The translations under genes and the position numbers were made by a program. Positions 61,351 to 64,000 of a DNA stretch of 64,000 nucleotides are shown here, one piece after another. Within the stretch, counting starts at the first letter, position 1. Every line of letters begins with the position of its first letter. The notes under the pieces were generated by a model that was not told the origin of the DNA, did no database searches, and worked only from the letters and a program-made list of their open reading frames with translations. The stretch covers positions 118,323,515 through 118,387,514 of the forward strand of contig NC_068985.1 of NCBI RefSeq assembly GCF_001194135.2, in the 5' to 3' direction. Origin of the DNA: Octopus bimaculoides (lineage: Eukaryota).

Positions 61351-62846
61351 CCAGCAGAAATACCTGGCGTTGCCCGGTTTAAAGGGAATAATGAAATTTA
61401 ATAACGCCATCTAGATTACGCAGGTCTCAACTGCTAGTAGCTAAGATACCAACTTTCTACATTAATAACTCTCCAACCCATTCCAGCATGGAACATAGGC
61501 GTTAAGTGAAATGTCAAAAGAAAGTTTTCAAATCATATATGTATATAAAGTAAATACATGTAATTCAAAGACACGTTTTGTGTAGCTTATTTCGTAAAAA
61601 AAAAGCAGGTACAGATTATAAACAGTGAAAGGCCGATTTTGGTGATTCATTTGACAGCGGTAGTAGAGAGTCAATCCGATGATAAATTTGACCTTGGTTC
61701 TTGAAAGTTTGCATGAATCTTGGCTCAGTTAAATCTCTTGTGGCTCCAAATGATGTCATCTGTTGTGCAGCGTTGTATTGTCTAATTTTGTTTTGGAAGT
61801 GCTTGGAATTTTGGTCAGTTGATGGCAACAGTTTCTTCAATGGCTCTGGAGGTTGGGGAATTGCAGGAAGTTTAACTTTTCCATCACTGCAACAGAGTGC
61901 AGGTGTCTCTCCAGGCCACTTCCTTGCTTTATAATGTATGCACTTAGTTGTCATTGCACCAATGGAAACTCCAGTGCCATCTGCATAATGAACTACTGGA
62001 TTATAATTGAAAGCTGCTTCATAGAAGTTGCTTCTCTGAGCTGTTGCAACTGCTCTTCGTTCTACAGTGGAGATCTTATTCCTCGTCAGCTGTGCATACA
62101 TCTGTTCATCGCTTTGAAATGCTCTGGCTTTTGTAGTGCACAGTCCGTTCGTTTCTTTGTATGCTTCCTTTTCTGCAGCTGTCACTCTTTCCCTGGACAG
62201 AGACATTTTTTTGGCTGACCTTAACATTGTAGATAAATTTGACACTTTCCTTCTAGGCATGATTATATATGTATACAGAAATACACGGGCACAGAAGATA
62301 GTAAACAATGAAAATAACTGGGCAACGAAAATTATATTTCTTAATACAACGGGCAGAAAGTAAATAAGAAATTATTACGAAAATAAAGAATTGTACTGGT
62401 TGAAGTAAAATTAGTCAGTGAACCAAAGAGCCAGTATCGAAGGAATAAAAAAAGCCGTTAACAACAGAAAAACACAACGGTTGCAAAAGTAAATCAGAAA
62501 TTTTTAGGGAAATTAACTAAGTGAACGGATTTAAGTGAAATTTTTGAAGTTACTTCGGTCAGTAAATTATGAACTTACTTTTATCAGTAATTCCGTAAAA
62601 AAGAAACCGTTACAAAAGCAAATAAGAAATTTGTAGGAAAATTTAACGAAGTGTACGGATTGAAGTGTAATTTATGAAGTTACTTTTGTCAGTAAATTAA
62701 GTACGAGATTACTTTCTTCACTAATTGCGAACTTCTTTCTGTCACTAATTTGTCGTTGTTTGTAAATAGCGATTGAAAACTTACAGTGAAAACAATAGTG
62801 TCTGAAAAATGAAAGTGACAACAATAGAGGGTGAGTGAGATATAGC

Positions 62847-62923
<77 letters not shown>

Positions 62924-63318
62924 AGTTAGACAAGTAAGATAGATATAGATAAATAGATAAGATATAGACAGATAGATACTGAGAGATAGATAGATATAGA
63001 GATAAAGATGGATAGAAAGATATAGACGTCACTAACGCTAGAAAACCGGAAGTAAATATTTTAAAAAAACTTTCAAAGACGTGAATAAAAAGCAATATTT
63101 TTATTTTTGACCAAAGAGAGACAACCAATTTCTGAAAGTTACTTCGCAAAGAGTTACCTCCCTTCTCCATGTAACCCAGGAACGGATAATTTCTGCCCCC
63201 AGGGGACCCGTTACTCATTATGAGAAAATTTTTAGGAGTCTAAAACCATCTCTGGAACATAAGTAATGTATGTTCCCAGTTTGGAGAAAATCAGTTGAAA
63301 AATACGGCCGTTATAATC

Positions 63319-63368
<50 letters not shown>

Positions 63369-63386
63369 CGGTATTTATAATATAGA
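61351..63386 (-). mobile_element. Internally deleted Helitron with both termini and truncated RepHel N-terminus
   Basis: Minus strand starts TC (63386), ends CTGG = CTRR (61351), subterminal hairpin CCGGGCAACGCCAGG, inserted between A and T. ORF 61616-62308 has RepHel N-terminal motifs IGAM..C...A.KW.GE...CCSDGKV.LP, SKHF..KIRQYNAA.MTSFG, QGQIYHRI.SLLP. Confidence 0.88.
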
Positions 63387-64000
63387 TAATAACTTTGATA
63401 GGTTTCAGCCAGTATAGGCCCAGGCCACGTCTAACTTAACAGCAGTCTATCTATCTATCTATACACACACGCAAACATTAATTTTACTAATTATATCTAA
63501 TATGGATGTATATTTGTACATTTAAAGCAAATAATTGACGCCGTTGCACAAATTAAGGATGAATATTCAAGTTTATGTTGTTCTTACGTCGCTCCAGGTC
63601 ACATAACCACTCAGACAAAATCACGAGCAAATTGGCTGAAAGATTCCGAAAGGTTCTACAACTCACTACCTTTGAAGCTCAACCTTCGTCTATTTTATTT
63701 TCATGAACTCACTTGACCAAAACACCACGTAGTAGAATCGAACCCAGAATTTCGTAATTGCGAAGCGAACTTCTTAATCATTTGGCCTTGCTTACGCCTG
63801 CCTGTAAGAGATAGATTTGTAAAATATTACGTGGCTGTCGAGCGACCGTATGCGCAGGTTCTTTCACTGGCACGTAAAGCATGTGTTCACAGTTGATGAA
63901 TATTCTTATGAAGAAAACAGGAAGCATTAATCTCGACGAATTGGCAGAGTCGTCAAAGTTAAGGACAAAATACCTTGCGGTACATGTTATGGCTCTCTGA

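Overview
AT-rich, microsatellite- and SINE-dense animal genomic DNA with N gaps. The repeat landscape resembles an octopod cephalopod draft assembly; this is inferred from memory of such repeats, not demonstrated. One protein-coding gene can be fully reconstructed: PICK1 (PDZ + BAR + acidic tail), + strand, 10 GT-AG coding exons from 3587 to 31389, 1251 nt = 416 aa + stop. A candidate extra exon (cassette or alternative first exon) lies at 12049-12114. The region after about 34 kb looks intergenic. It holds one intact tRNA-Gly(GCC), a decayed copy of it, and many transposon remnants: Penelope-like (PLE), CRE and R4/Dong REL-type LINEs, mariner, Tc1, a Helitron with both termini, and two 9-bp-TSD MITEs carrying telomeric repeats. 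RTE and CR1-like LINE fragments lie in PICK1 introns. Best leads: (1) minimal hammerhead ribozymes, including one in a TSD-flanked non-autonomous PLE whose terminal repeat begins with a tRNA-like Pol III promoter; (2) a perfect 54-bp tandem repeat that quadruplicates the PICK1 exon 7 splice donor in frame; (3) the in-frame 66-nt candidate exon; (4) telomere-repeat-carrying MITEs; (5) inverted SINE pairs bracketing PICK1 exons.
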